Virus record (IMG/VR): IMGVR_UViG_3300021376_002532
Location: 1-37,422 of that record
Source of the DNA: a virus
Taxonomy: Duplodnaviria; Caudoviricetes
Reading direction: 5' to 3' (one strand)
DNA length: 37,422 nt
Shown: in pieces, positions 10,497 through 21,565 of the stretch
How positions within the stretch are numbered: position 1 is the first letter of the stretch
Layout: each line of letters starts with the position of its first letter
Notes under the pieces: generated by a model
Database searches by the model: none
Seen by the model: the letters and a program-made list of their open reading frames with translations, nothing else
What the model was told of the DNA's origin: nothing
Made by a program: the position numbers and the translations under genes

Positions 10497-11734
10497 ACAT
10501 TACCCGTATATTGTTTTATCCATTCTTTTGTTTTAGAATGTACCCAAACAGACCATGATTTTGGTGTTTCTGTCACTAAAAAATTTCTACATATATTTAC
10601 AAAACCGTTATTTAGATAATTTTTTATTTCATCTTCCGTACAATCTTTTCTATGTATTTCACTTCCTGTTTGATTGTGAAAAGTTACCGCCCAAAAATCA
10701 TAGTCAGGTTCTTTAAGTTCATCGACATCTAAATTAATACAATAATCAAAATTTCTTGTAAAACTTTCTAACCATTCTTTTTCTGTATCGTACTCAGGGT
10801 TTGGTGGGTAATTTTTATTTAATGTGTACTCTTGTACTGCTCTTTTTTCAAATAATAGTCCAGCATATTTTTCATAATCTCTTAAAGTTCTTACGTTACC
10901 TAAACCATATTTTCCATAATGTCCTTCTTGTGTTTCACCATCCATACCAAATAGTTTTCTATTCAATAAATGTGCGTTTTCATTTAACTTCCACCATTCT
11001 TTATCATCATCCCACTGTTTAACTCTACCATTTCTTGTGTATTCATGCCATAAAACAACTCTATGTGGATGAAATAAATCATATCCTTGCGTAAACGCTC
11101 TAACTGTAATTGATATTTCTTCTCCATGGAAATAAAAATCAGGATTGTGTTGTACTTCTTTTGAAAATTGTCCTAATGTGAAACAAAAATGTGCAGAATA
11201 AAATCTTGATGGTATTGGTAGGTCTATATTTTGCCAATCAGGGATTGCTTCAGGTAAAAAAAAGACAGCACCTTCAGGTATAAATTTATCAAACGCCATT
11301 CTCCAAGGCACTCTTACTCTTCCATGTGGATCATTATTTGGATTATATGATGAAACATACCCCGTTAATAAAGGTTTTGGTATTCCTAATTCTTGTAATT
11401 GTTTTATCATATCAATTAAAGTTTCATCCCAATATTTTTCAAACCTCATATGAGAATCAATTTGTAGGGTATACTCTTCTCCTTTATATAATTGTTGTAC
11501 TTGATTACGTGCCCAACAAACACCTTTTGATTCTCGGTGCGGTATATTTAATATGGTGAATCTATCATCGATTTCATATTCAGTAAGATTATCAAATTTA
11601 TCATTTGGGTGAAATTGTCTTGCAATACCGAATGTCAAATTTTGTGGGTATTTGGCGTTTTCTAAGCAAGATCTTATTGTTGGTAAAAGTTCCGGATCTC
11701 TATATGACGCGATTTGAATAAATATTGTATTCAT
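10493..11734 (-). CDS. GT60-like polypeptide/hydroxyproline N-acetylglucosaminyltransferase (Pfam GlcNAc-type)
   Basis: IFIQIASYRDPEL, SKGVCWAR, LQIDSHMRF (DSH motif), FHGEEI...RAFTQGYDLFHP...WHEY, YGLGNVRTL.DYE. Confidence 0.85.
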   Translation of the reverse strand: MNTIFIQIASYRDPELLPTIRSCLENAKYPQNLTFGIARQFHPNDKFDNLTEYEIDDRFTILNIPHRESKGVCWARNQVQQLYKGEEYTLQIDSHMRFEKYWDETLIDMIKQLQELGIPKPLLTGYVSSYNPNNDPHGRVRVPWRMAFDKFIPEGAVFFLPEAIPDWQNIDLPIPSRFYSAHFCFTLGQFSKEVQHNPDFYFHGEEISITVRAFTQGYDLFHPHRVVLWHEYTRNGRVKQWDDDKEWWKLNENAHLLNRKLFGMDGETQEGHYGKYGLGNVRTLRDYEKYAGLLFEKRAVQEYTLNKNYPPNPEYDTEKEWLESFTRNFDYCINLDVDELKEPDYDFWAVTFHNQTGSEIHRKDCTEDEIKNYLNNGFVNICRNFLVTETPKSWSVWVHSKTKEWIKQYTGNV

Positions 11735-11782
11735 TTAATATTTTTAATTTAAAAATAAAAAATGATATTAATAAATAAATGA

Positions 11783-13492
11783 TTAAATTCCACCTCCGTC
11801 GGTGATTGTCCATAATTTTGTTCCTGTTAAATAATTTCTCGAAGCACCAGCTATTGCTATTGTATAAATAGAACCGCCTCCGTGAAAAGGAACGTTAGAT
11901 TGTAAAGCACCACCATATGATGCCCAACCAATAAGTAGTGAATTATAGTTTGGTGTTGATAGTGTAACACCTAAAAACATATTTGCTGCGGATGTTAATG
12001 ATGTAACATCCCAAGAACCCAAATCTTGGTCAAATGATGTTGCATTTTGAAACATATTATTCATATCTGTAACAGAAGATGTATTCCAAGTTCCAATTGG
12101 TTGGTTAAATGATGTTGCACCATTAAACATATTATCCATAAATGTAACAGAAGATGTATTCCAAGTTCCAATTGGTTGATTAAATGATGTTGCGTCTAGA
12201 AACATTTCAATCATATTTGTAACAGAAGATGTATTCCAAGTTCCAATTGGTTGATTAAATGATGTTGCATTTAAAAACATAGCACCCATATTTATAACAG
12301 AAGATGTATTCCAAGTTCCAATTGGTTGGTTAAATGATGTTGCACCATTAAACATAGTACCCATATTTGAAACAGAAGATGTATCCCAAGTTCCAATTGG
12401 TTGATTGTATGATGTTGCATTAAAAAACATACCAAGCATATCTGTAACGGAAGATGTATTCCAAGTTCCAATTGGTTGATTAAATGATGTTGCATTAGCA
12501 AACATACCAAGCATATCTGTAACGGAAGATGTATTCCAAGTTCCAATTGGTTGATTAAATGATGTTGCATTAAAAAACATTAAACTCATATCTGTAACAG
12601 AAGATGTATTCCAAGTTCCAATTGGTTGATTGAATGATGTTGCATCTTCAAACATTTGACGCATATTTGTAACAGAAGATGTATTCCAAGTTCCAATTGG
12701 TTGATTGAATGATGTTGCATTAAAAAACATACCAAGCATATCTGTAACGGAAGATGTATCCCAAGTTCCAATTGGTTGATTAAATGATGTTGCATACAAA
12801 AACATTAAACTCATATTTGTAACAGAAGATGTATCCCACAAATTCATATTGTTGACCGTTGTAAGAGACGCACAATCACTAAAAGCAGAAGACAAAGATA
12901 AAGTTCCTGTCAAATCTAAAATATCTGAAACTGAACTTAAATCTAAATTTGTGCAACCGTAAAAATATCCACCATTATTACCCAATCTAAAATCAGAACC
13001 CCAAGATTGAATACTTAATATTTTTTCTCTATCACCAACATAATTAAATCTAAAACCTTCTATTTGTCCATAAATCTTTATTGTGTATAGTCCAGGTGTT
13101 GTGTATGTATGTAATGTTGCAGGATCATTCCAAACTGTAATTGTATCATAATTTCCATCACCCCATTCAATAAAGAAGTTATATGCTCCAGAAGACTCCA
13201 AAGGAAGTTGTATTTGGTTTGCCGCTGAAACACCAAGATTTTTTGTATCCCAAGTTGATTCAAATTTTGATTGACCACAATCTAAAGGGAATAATTTGAC
13301 ACAACCAATTGTGTCAACAATTTTCAAATATAACAAATATTCATTTGGAAAATAATATTGGCTATTTATTTCAACTGTTCCTGGGATTGATGTTAGTCCC
13401 GATATATAAAAACAACTATAGTTGGTTTGTTCACATAAAAAAACGTCATATGGTTCAACACCACCAGTATCTCCTGTTATATTAATTATCAT
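11783..13492 (-). CDS. DUF285/BspA-like leucine-rich-repeat protein with PKD domain, putative receptor-binding/adhesion protein
   Basis: PKD motif IEWGDG...[15 protein letters not shown]. Tandem 25-aa repeats [25 protein letters not shown]. C-cap [13 protein letters not shown]...WTITDGG. Confidence 0.85.
   Translation of the reverse strand: MIINITGDTGGVEPYDVFLCEQTNYSCFYISGLTSIPGTVEINSQYYFPNEYLLYLKIVDTIGCVKLFPLDCGQSKFESTWDTKNLGVSAANQIQLPLESSGAYNFFIEWGDGNYDTITVWNDPATLHTYTTPGLYTIKIYGQIEGFRFNYVGDREKILSIQSWGSDFRLGNNGGYFYGCTNLDLSSVSDILDLTGTLSLSSAFSDCASLTTVNNMNLWDTSSVTNMSLMFLYATSFNQPIGTWDTSSVTDMLGMFFNATSFNQPIGTWNTSSVTNMRQMFEDATSFNQPIGTWNTSSVTDMSLMFFNATSFNQPIGTWNTSSVTDMLGMFANATSFNQPIGTWNTSSVTDMLGMFFNATSYNQPIGTWDTSSVSNMGTMFNGATSFNQPIGTWNTSSVINMGAMFLNATSFNQPIGTWNTSSVTNMIEMFLDATSFNQPIGTWNTSSVTFMDNMFNGATSFNQPIGTWNTSSVTDMNNMFQNATSFDQDLGSWDVTSLTSAANMFLGVTLSTPNYNSLLIGWASYGGALQSNVPFHGGGSIYTIAIAGASRNYLTGTKLWTITDGGGI
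12032..12838 (-). repeat. About 11 tandem 75-bp coding repeats with constant framework and variable patch
   Basis: gatgttgc and gaagatgtat(t/c)ccaagttccaattggttg recur with an exact 75-bp period. Confidence 0.95.
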
Positions 13493-13510
13493 AATAATAA
13501 ATATTTATTA

Positions 13511-13798
13511 CTACAAAACTAACGCGTCCCCACCTTCTGTTGTTAAAAAATCACCCAATTCTGTAAGGATAAAATATTCATCTTCAGGAGCACAAGAAAT
13601 AATTTTGAAGTAAATACAACCCGTGCTATCAACCGATTTAACCATAATGGTAGTAGCGGTCTGTAACAATGTTGGTAATACGTAAATTCCAGGTGATGTG
13701 CCTAATAATGTGCAATTATTTCCGTATTCGTCACAAGCATAAATATTTATCGGTGCAATACCTCCTGTTAGTGATGTTATATCTATTGAGTATGGCAT
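13511..13798 (-). CDS. Small 95-aa putative virion protein (shared anchor-like domain)
   Basis: ITSLTGGIAPINIYACDEYGNNC...VKSVDSTGC. C-terminal ILTELGDFLTTEGG tail. Confidence 0.65.
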   Translation of the reverse strand: MPYSIDITSLTGGIAPINIYACDEYGNNCTLLGTSPGIYVLPTLLQTATTIMVKSVDSTGCIYFKIISCAPEDEYFILTELGDFLTTEGGDALVL

Positions 13799-13799
13799 G

Positions 13800-16553
13800 T
13801 TAACAAATAAATTTACTTGACACTACTCCTAAATTATTAAGTCTAAACACATTTCTAGTACCTGTTGGTGGGCATGTGGTATCTAAATACATAAACCCAT
13901 AGCCTCCTTGTGATGGTGGATAATTTTGTGCTGTCGAGCCTGCGTTTATTGTTAATGCCGGATTGGTATAGATAACATCACCGTTATTAATGGAACTTCC
14001 TGTTGTATAGTAAATTACACTACAGTTTGATTCTGTGCAAGCACCAAACGACAGTGCACTTGGGTATCTATTGTAAGATCCAAACCATTGAATAGATGCA
14101 AATGTAGGTGTAGGAGTAGGAGTCGGTGTAGGACTTGGTGTTGGTGTAGGACTTGGTGTTGGTGTAGGACTTGGTGTTGGTGTTGGGCTTGGTGTTGGTG
14201 TAGGACTTGGTGTTGGTGTAGGTGTTGGTGTAGGTATAATGTCTTGGCAAGAAATGTCAAAAACTATATCTAATTCTAAAATAAAATTACCGTTACCTAT
14301 GGGATCAACCAAACCATTTACACAATTAGTCTTTATTGTTATTTTGTTATTTAATAAATCTACTGAGTAGTAACCGACTTGTGGAATTGTTGATAAAATA
14401 GACTCTATAGTTTGTTGCCATGTTGCGTCGTTTGTAACGATAAATGTTTGAGTAAACGCACTATTGTTGATTGTTATAGAACATGTTAGATCCGCCGAAT
14501 TTAAAATACAGTTGGTATACCCTGATGTTAAATCTAAATAACCTTCACTAATCATTTCACTAATACCTCTTTTTGTTCCAGATGTTGTCACAAAGTTAGA
14601 ACTACAAAGATTATATGTTGTTGAACCAGTAACCAAAGTGCTTGTACAATCAATGTAAAAAGTGTGGTAATTTGTGCACCCACTACTATCCGTAACTGTC
14701 ACATAATATGTTCCTCCTGACATCCCACTAATAGTGGATCCTGATTGTCCTACAGGTATATTTGGTGACCAATCATATGTGAATGTTGGTTCTCCATCGA
14801 ATATTAAAACAGTCGCATTACCATCATTTCCAAATTGACAATCATTTGATAATAAAGAACTGTTTAAATACCCGCCTTGAGTTATGTTAAACGTTTTTGT
14901 AACTGAGCAGTTTTCCTCATCTGTCACAGTTAATGTATATGGACCAACAGACAAGTTATTATAAGTAAACGATGTTAAACTAATATCATAAACTTGTTGA
15001 CCATTACTTAAAACATAATCTAATAACCCTACCGTTTGCCAATTAGTATAACCCGTACCTACATTTACTAATACATTACCACTAGCTGAACCACAAGTGG
15101 CTCCTGTTGTTGAAATATTAACATTAAATTTTTCTTGCGAATTTACAGTTACTGTATCAGTATAAGTACACGTACCATTTTGTGCTGATATTACCAATGT
15201 ATAAGTATCGTTTGGTAAATTTTGAAATGTATAATTTTGATTTGCGGTGCTTATATTTCTAACCTCATTAGTTGTTTGTCCTGTTAATCCTAAAAGAAAA
15301 CTATTCGCGTATGGTCCATTAAATGTTGTGTATATTGAACCTGAATTTTGATTACAAATTGAATTTGTTACAGTATTTGCGACATTATATATACCGTTTT
15401 GTGCGGTTAAAAAAACAGAAGCATTTAATGGACAGAAATTAGCGTCTCTGATAAATAAATTGTAAGACCCACTAGATAAGTTATTTAAAGTAAAAGAATT
15501 TGATAAAGTATAACCAACGGTTCCTGTATTTGCAGAATAGAAAAATGGTGCGGTTCCTCCTGTTAAATTAATTGTGATTGACCCATCATAACCATTACAA
15601 GATGGATTAACGCTTGTTAATAACCCAATACCTAAAGGTTGTGCCTGACCTATCAAAACGTCTTTTTCTGTAACACATCCATAAAAATCAGTTACTTGTA
15701 CACTGTATACTCCTTGAGTCAATCCTGTTGCCAATTGAGTAGTTTGTCCATCAGACCATAAATAACTATAGGGACCAACACCTGTTGTTCCTGTGACTGC
15801 GGCTTTACCTCCATTTGTCACACAGTTCGCGGCATTTACAACCCAAAAACCATAATCTATTTCTGTGCTTGCACTTAGAACAACATTTTCTGTTTTTGCG
15901 GTAGTAAACCCAAAGTCATAAACAGTTACATCATATATACCATAATCTAAACCAGTAAACTGATATGGTAATGATCCCGTTTCAATATATTGTGAAAATA
16001 ACCCATTTTTATTTAATATTAATTTAAATGGCGAACTATTTGATGTAGAGTTTACGGTAAATTGCCCGTCACTTAAACCACAATTAGTTCCATTGACATC
16101 ACTTATTGTTGCTTCAAAACATTCTGAAATTATCGCATTGAAGTAAATTTCATTATTTTGTATTCCTTGACTATCATTAATTCTAAAAACATACGTACCT
16201 CCTGTTAGTCCGGTGTATGTTGCTTGTGAATTAAACGTTTGTGAGGATAAAGAACCTGGTACAATATTATCAACAGTATATGGACCAAATCCACCATAAA
16301 CATTTAAAGTTATTGTTCCGGCAGAAACATTACCACAATTACCACTTGTTGTAAAGTTATAACTTAATGGTCCTGTGTCACAATCCTCAGTACAAACAAG
16401 TGAAGGGTCTAAATAAACACCAACCGAAGAACCTGAAAGAGCCTGATCCGCACAAACAGATTGATATAAAGGTCCAATACCTGATTGTATGTTTCCGCAA
16501 CAATCAAAATAACTAAAATAAATCTCATCAGTATACCCTGAAATACAAGCCAT
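13800..16553 (-). CDS. Large SprB-repeat, Cys-rich protein with C-terminal Pro-Thr linker, putative tail fibre/appendage
   Basis: Multiple SprB-like repeats ([13 protein letters not shown]...[12 protein letters not shown]; GGTAPFFY; [14 protein letters not shown]). The likely start is the ATG at 16553 (TAATG coupling). Confidence 0.75.
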   Translation of the reverse strand: MACISGYTDEIYFSYFDCCGNIQSGIGPLYQSVCADQALSGSSVGVYLDPSLVCTEDCDTGPLSYNFTTSGNCGNVSAGTITLNVYGGFGPYTVDNIVPGSLSSQTFNSQATYTGLTGGTYVFRINDSQGIQNNEIYFNAIISECFEATISDVNGTNCGLSDGQFTVNSTSNSSPFKLILNKNGLFSQYIETGSLPYQFTGLDYGIYDVTVYDFGFTTAKTENVVLSASTEIDYGFWVVNAANCVTNGGKAAVTGTTGVGPYSYLWSDGQTTQLATGLTQGVYSVQVTDFYGCVTEKDVLIGQAQPLGIGLLTSVNPSCNGYDGSITINLTGGTAPFFYSANTGTVGYTLSNSFTLNNLSSGSYNLFIRDANFCPLNASVFLTAQNGIYNVANTVTNSICNQNSGSIYTTFNGPYANSFLLGLTGQTTNEVRNISTANQNYTFQNLPNDTYTLVISAQNGTCTYTDTVTVNSQEKFNVNISTTGATCGSASGNVLVNVGTGYTNWQTVGLLDYVLSNGQQVYDISLTSFTYNNLSVGPYTLTVTDEENCSVTKTFNITQGGYLNSSLLSNDCQFGNDGNATVLIFDGEPTFTYDWSPNIPVGQSGSTISGMSGGTYYVTVTDSSGCTNYHTFYIDCTSTLVTGSTTYNLCSSNFVTTSGTKRGISEMISEGYLDLTSGYTNCILNSADLTCSITINNSAFTQTFIVTNDATWQQTIESILSTIPQVGYYSVDLLNNKITIKTNCVNGLVDPIGNGNFILELDIVFDISCQDIIPTPTPTPTPSPTPTPSPTPTPSPTPTPSPTPTPSPTPTPTPTPTFASIQWFGSYNRYPSALSFGACTESNCSVIYYTTGSSINNGDVIYTNPALTINAGSTAQNYPPSQGGYGFMYLDTTCPPTGTRNVFRLNNLGVVSSKFIC
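14102..14236 (-). repeat. 18-bp-period repeat encoding (TPTPSP)n
   Basis: Tandem copies of ggacttggtgttggtgta on the + strand, giving about 44 residues of P/T/S. Confidence 0.92.
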
Positions 16554-19540
16554 TACCCACAATTAATTTGAACGTCCAAACTAATTTTTAAAATTAGTTG
16601 TTTATTTGTAAAATTATCATAACATGAAGAGTTACTTATAATTAAGTTCCCTCCAATGAAATAATAATTTAATCCGCTTTGATATAAATACTCCATTTCA
16701 TTATCTATATAATTTAAAATGTTAGGATAACTCAAAGGTAAACCTGTTATTGGATCAGTTGCGTTTTGACCGTATCCAACAAAAAAATCACTATTAATTA
16801 ACTCAGTTTCATTTTGTGTTATAATATCTTTCAAAGAAACAATAACTCCCCATGTAGATATTGTGGTATTACTATTACATTGATTTGGTAGGTAACCTTG
16901 TGAAGAAATTATATCATTTACTTTTGTATTAAGCACTGTTGCGGGATCGAAAACCGGTAGTGTACACTGCGTTGTTTGATCTATACAATCATAATTAAAT
17001 GGTTGTCCAATATACTCACATGGTATACAAGCCAAAGGTATTAACTCACAACTTCTTTGTCTTCTCCAAACAAATTTTTGTCTGTGAAAAATTGAGTTGT
17101 CCATTTTTTGTCCTGCATTCCAAATGGTTGTCGCAGGAACAAATTGTTCCAATAATCTAACCCAATAATCACCAATACCTAAAGTAAAATCGATCATTTT
17201 TTGATGTGTGAATTTATTGGTTGGTATGTTTACTGTGTTTTCAGTTTGCAAATATTTCCAAAAAATTGATTGTAATGTCGGATAACCTCCTGTTTTTCCA
17301 TCAGAAATTGTTTGTCTATTTCTTACATTAATTAAATTATTATAAAAGGTTTGAGCGAACTCTGCAAAAGTTTTTTTGTTTGGTTTTGGGTTTATGACTG
17401 TCCAATCATTTAATCCAAGACTAGGGTAAGGTGCAGTCAATCCCGAATTTGGTATCGGGTAACCGAACCTTGCGGACATTTCCCATATATCGTATGTTAT
17501 ACCTTGTCCCATATTCAAATAGACTTCCATATTTTTGACGTTCAGACTTAATTTTTCGTCTTCAATGTAATATCTTGTTTGTGACAATTCTTGATTGTTA
17601 CTTCTAATTCCGTTTTCTGTAGAAACCCAAGATTTTTTATTATCTATTGTTTTTGTTAAATTATATCCAAAATCCATAAATGGGAATTTTCTAAACCTAT
17701 CTAAGTATTCCTCTCCGTAGGTAAATGGTTTCAAAGATGTTTTTATTATTGGTGGTGTAACATTAAAATTAGAAAGATTGGTATCAATAAACTCAGTTGA
17801 TCTATGATCGGGTGTAACTTCAAACCATCCGGCTCCTTTTTGGAAAAAATAATCATCGGTATAAACTGGTGTTTCGGGATAACCGTTTTTTAAATTTATT
17901 GGGTAATATATCAAATCTAAATTTGTTTGTCTTAAAGTTCCTGTGGTAGAAAATCCCGTATATTGTACCCCTTGTATTTTAAAAAGATTAGTTGTTAAGT
18001 ATGATGGTTGTGATATGAACTGAGTTCCTCCTGAAAATTCTACATATTTTTCATAAAAATCATCTACTGATATTTTTTGATCTGCAATATAAATGTATTC
18101 ATTAAACTCAATAAGTGCTTCAGGAGCACCAACCATTCTCAATATATATTCAATAGATTTTCTTGTTCCTTTTGTTCTAAAAAGTTCACCAGCATTCAAA
18201 ATCAAATTTCTATAATATTGATAATTTAATTCTGTTGGTGTTTGTTGTTTTGTTTGTCCAGGATAAATTATTTGATTAGTAGTTGAAAAAATACTTTCAA
18301 GTAAACTATCATTAGTGATTGGTGACATGTTTTTGTTAAACCCTAATGTTTGTGCCAAATTTACTAATAATTGTGACGGTATGTCGTTACCAACTATATA
18401 ATTTACAGAGGTGATATATGTTAATGAGTCTATGAATTTTTTAACTTCGTCGAAACTTCTACCATATAGTTGTAGAACCTTTTCTATTTTTTGATCTGCA
18501 GTATCAAATTCTTTTAATGAACCCGATATTAAAAATCTACTAATTAAATTAGTTTTATATTCATCTAAATTTTCAGCAACTTCATTAATAATTTGTAAGT
18601 AATCATCAAACTTACTTGTTCTTATATCTAAATTCCAAAAACCATCCAATTTCCAAGTTATTTCTTTAGTGAACATTACATAATTACCATCTGAATCATA
18701 ATCTGGGTATTTAAACACTGTGGTATATGCTGGATTTATTTTTCTATTTAATAAAAAATCCTCAACCTCATCAAAATCGTCCTTGAATATTTTTTCTGTT
18801 GTTAAATTGTTTGGTTTTACTAAAATTGTTGTTGTGGTTGTTGTTGAAGTGAATGGTTTACCCTTAACCGTTAATGTGACTGTGCCACCTGTTAAAGTTT
18901 GTGATGGTTCAAAATCGACAACATTATATTCATTATTTAAATTACCAACATAAAGTGAAAAATCAGAAAAATTGTCAGTAATATTTCTATATTTAGATAC
19001 AGCTATTGGTCTATTTGAAATATTAATATTAGCATTTTCTGAATAATCTATATCAAATGGATTATTAAAAAATGTGATATCAGAATCAAAGGTAGTTTCA
19101 TCTTCAATTTCGTTATATGTAATATTGAATGCCGTATTTCCTGTTTGTAAAATTAAATTTTGTGAATTAATTTGTATACCAGCAGGAAAGTAATTAATTA
19201 TTTTAGTTATTGAGCTGGCCAATCTTTTTTGCAAAGAACCGTAAAGTGAAAAACTAGTAATTTGCGATAAGTCAAAATTAGGAAATACACTAAAGTTTTT
19301 TTGAACTATTAATTTAGCCTGTTCTATTGTGGGTATATTAATATTTTCTAAATTAAATGGTTCAGAAAAAACACCTGTCGTAAAGCTTCTGTTATTTCTT
19401 CCACTTACTGCTGTTGTAAATTGAAAATTACCTAAAGTTAAACCACCACCCGCAACAAGCTGCAACCCGACTAAATCATCAGAAAAAGTGCTCGTACCTA
19501 CTGCGGCTTGCGGTGGACATATAAATTTAGTTTTTGCCAT
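16553..19540 (-). CDS. Baseplate wedge protein (P2 gpI / T4 gp7-like domain)
   Basis: [14 protein letters not shown]...[25 protein letters not shown] matches the tail-protein-I type KGT motif. It lies in the baseplate cluster. Confidence 0.65.
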   Translation of the reverse strand: MAKTKFICPPQAAVGTSTFSDDLVGLQLVAGGGLTLGNFQFTTAVSGRNNRSFTTGVFSEPFNLENINIPTIEQAKLIVQKNFSVFPNFDLSQITSFSLYGSLQKRLASSITKIINYFPAGIQINSQNLILQTGNTAFNITYNEIEDETTFDSDITFFNNPFDIDYSENANINISNRPIAVSKYRNITDNFSDFSLYVGNLNNEYNVVDFEPSQTLTGGTVTLTVKGKPFTSTTTTTTILVKPNNLTTEKIFKDDFDEVEDFLLNRKINPAYTTVFKYPDYDSDGNYVMFTKEITWKLDGFWNLDIRTSKFDDYLQIINEVAENLDEYKTNLISRFLISGSLKEFDTADQKIEKVLQLYGRSFDEVKKFIDSLTYITSVNYIVGNDIPSQLLVNLAQTLGFNKNMSPITNDSLLESIFSTTNQIIYPGQTKQQTPTELNYQYYRNLILNAGELFRTKGTRKSIEYILRMVGAPEALIEFNEYIYIADQKISVDDFYEKYVEFSGGTQFISQPSYLTTNLFKIQGVQYTGFSTTGTLRQTNLDLIYYPINLKNGYPETPVYTDDYFFQKGAGWFEVTPDHRSTEFIDTNLSNFNVTPPIIKTSLKPFTYGEEYLDRFRKFPFMDFGYNLTKTIDNKKSWVSTENGIRSNNQELSQTRYYIEDEKLSLNVKNMEVYLNMGQGITYDIWEMSARFGYPIPNSGLTAPYPSLGLNDWTVINPKPNKKTFAEFAQTFYNNLINVRNRQTISDGKTGGYPTLQSIFWKYLQTENTVNIPTNKFTHQKMIDFTLGIGDYWVRLLEQFVPATTIWNAGQKMDNSIFHRQKFVWRRQRSCELIPLACIPCEYIGQPFNYDCIDQTTQCTLPVFDPATVLNTKVNDIISSQGYLPNQCNSNTTISTWGVIVSLKDIITQNETELINSDFFVGYGQNATDPITGLPLSYPNILNYIDNEMEYLYQSGLNYYFIGGNLIISNSSCYDNFTNKQLILKISLDVQINCG

Positions 19541-20448
19541 TAACTAATAATATTTGTAAAGTTTTTACTAAAGTCTATATTTGTTCCTCTATCTTGTCTT
19601 ACTTCGTATAGTAACTCGTTAAAATTATCTCTAACCTCAAATAGGTTATATTGTTTGTAAATGTTGTTTGCACTATCATATAAAGTATATATACCGTCAT
19701 CCATACTCTTAGTTTGATTACCATAAAGAGCTATCGCTAAAGTATCTATATCATGTTCTGACATTTGTATATCCAACGTTATTGGATTGAAAAATGTATT
19801 TGTTATTATTATCCTTTGGTTTGGTTGACCTATAAATGGAGTTGCGTTTGGTTTATTTGTTGGTGACGATGATGGTGATAATGTACAAAAAAGTAAATCA
19901 CTAACATTTTCTAAGTATTTATATCTAATAACTTTTTGTGATGTGTTAACTTGGTCTGTTATTACTGGTTCACAAAAAAATGAAGATGTTATAATTCTAT
20001 AAAAATTAGGTATTTTTGTTCCGTCTGAATTTAAATATTCTACTCTATACCCAACTAAACCTTGATTTGTAAATTTATTTCTAAATTCTTGTGGGACATT
20101 ATTTAAGTTTAAAACAATACCCTTTACTGTTGGTAATGCAGATAAAACTCCACAATCCTCAATTCTCATCCTTATTTCTGCAGGTCTGATATATAGAGTG
20201 TAAACACCTATTTTGTTAAATTCATTTGCGGGTAATTTTAAATTGTAAAGGCCTCCAAGTATCTCAACATTAGCATTTCCGCCAGTATCTGAATTATGAA
20301 AATAAGGTGTAAAAATACTTGCAGTATCTAATTTTTTTAATACGAATTCATTAGTTACGTCTCTTGATGGAGTGTAATTCAAAATTATTTCAACGTCTTG
20401 TGGTGAAACGTCTGCGGGTCTTACTATACCATATGAACCTAGTGCCAT
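19540..20448 (-). CDS. Hypothetical virion structural protein (302 aa)
   Basis: Long ORF with TATTTAT upstream and TAATG coupling to the next gene. Context only. Confidence 0.55.
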   Translation of the reverse strand: MALGSYGIVRPADVSPQDVEIILNYTPSRDVTNEFVLKKLDTASIFTPYFHNSDTGGNANVEILGGLYNLKLPANEFNKIGVYTLYIRPAEIRMRIEDCGVLSALPTVKGIVLNLNNVPQEFRNKFTNQGLVGYRVEYLNSDGTKIPNFYRIITSSFFCEPVITDQVNTSQKVIRYKYLENVSDLLFCTLSPSSSPTNKPNATPFIGQPNQRIIITNTFFNPITLDIQMSEHDIDTLAIALYGNQTKSMDDGIYTLYDSANNIYKQYNLFEVRDNFNELLYEVRQDRGTNIDFSKNFTNIIS

Positions 20449-20482
20449 GTTTTTTATTTATAAATAGAGTTTATTGAGTTTT

Positions 20483-21565
20483 TTATGTTGTTTTTATTTT
20501 GAAAAATCCATAACCATACCTTGTTAAGTCTCCAATGTTGTCAACCTCACCAAGTCTTTGTAGTTGTTCAAAACCTGAATATTTACCTCTTTCAACATAA
20601 ACATCAGATCTGATTTCTGGATCTGCAACAAAGTCAAGTAATAATTCATTTTTAGTTAATCCCGAAGCTATTAAATCTAAAGAAGTAAACCCTGAAGAAT
20701 TAACAAAATATATTGTTGTTTTATTTTTAAAATCAAAATAACTTATATCATTAATTGTGTATGCTGTATAATCGGTGGTTATTTCTTCAACATAACCTAT
20801 ATTATTTTTCCCAACATTCATAAAATAACCAACGGTAAATGGGTTAGGTCCCCATCTTCTAAGACTATTTAGTTTAGAGTTTGTAAATCCTGAGACAATA
20901 AAAGGAACTTGTGTATAGCCACTTGAATAATGAGATGAGACATTATTATTACTATCTCCTGTAAAAATATAGTTATAATTCAAAGGTATTCCTGACCACT
21001 TACCACCTTGTTGTGTAAATGTTACATTACCTAAAACATTATCTACAGTAACTCCGGTAAATGGTAGTGTAACATATTTTATCACCTCAGTAGTTCCCCA
21101 AATATTATTTTGAGTCATTTTGATAGTGTATGTTTGAGGTGTTGGTGTATAATAATGTACTTGTATATTTTGTTTTATGTTTACTGTGCTTGCACTCGAT
21201 CCGTCACCCCATTCAATATTATAGTTAGACAGAGCCAAATAATTATTATTTGTGAAACCGGCACTATTATATATAACAACTTGGTAAGGTGATGTTGGGT
21301 TTCCTGATATAAAAAAATTATTTATTGTGTCTTGTTGATCAATAAACCCGTCAAATTCATCGTAAAAACCTAAATCATTAAACGTTTCAGTAAATAAAAT
21401 TGGTATCGTTAGTCCTGTAAGTATTGAACTACCGTTCTCGCCACTACTTAAAACTTGTGACATTCTAGAATATGACCCAAATGATTCACCATCATAATTT
21501 AAAGTAAACAAATCCTTTTTTAAAACTTCAGGTGATATAATTATATTTATTCTTTCTGATTCCAT
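20483..21565 (-). CDS. Hypothetical structural protein with PKD-like motif (360 aa)
   Basis: YNIEWGDGS...HYY...YTIKMT. Structural context. Confidence 0.55.
   Translation of the reverse strand: MESERINIIISPEVLKKDLFTLNYDGESFGSYSRMSQVLSSGENGSSILTGLTIPILFTETFNDLGFYDEFDGFIDQQDTINNFFISGNPTSPYQVVIYNSAGFTNNNYLALSNYNIEWGDGSSASTVNIKQNIQVHYYTPTPQTYTIKMTQNNIWGTTEVIKYVTLPFTGVTVDNVLGNVTFTQQGGKWSGIPLNYNYIFTGDSNNNVSSHYSSGYTQVPFIVSGFTNSKLNSLRRWGPNPFTVGYFMNVGKNNIGYVEEITTDYTAYTINDISYFDFKNKTTIYFVNSSGFTSLDLIASGLTKNELLLDFVADPEIRSDVYVERGKYSGFEQLQRLGEVDNIGDLTRYGYGFFKIKTT

Noticed and set aside
12292-12795. Alternative-frame ORFs [15 protein letters not shown]...
   Set aside because: They are shadow frames of the 75-bp coding repeat.
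12032-12838. CRISPR-like pattern of a constant ~50-bp repeat with variable ~25-bp spacers
   Set aside because: The period is exactly 75 bp and in frame within a DUF285 ORF. The 'spacers' share fixed Met/Phe codons, and no cas operon is present.
11783-13492. Diversity-generating retroelement target
   Set aside because: No reverse transcriptase or template repeat is in the window, and variation is in multi-base patches rather than clearly adenine-specific. An element elsewhere in the genome cannot be excluded.
14015-14273. HQHQVL, YTNTKS and CWCRTW repeat ORFs
   Set aside because: They are alternative-frame and antisense readings of the Pro-Thr repeat.
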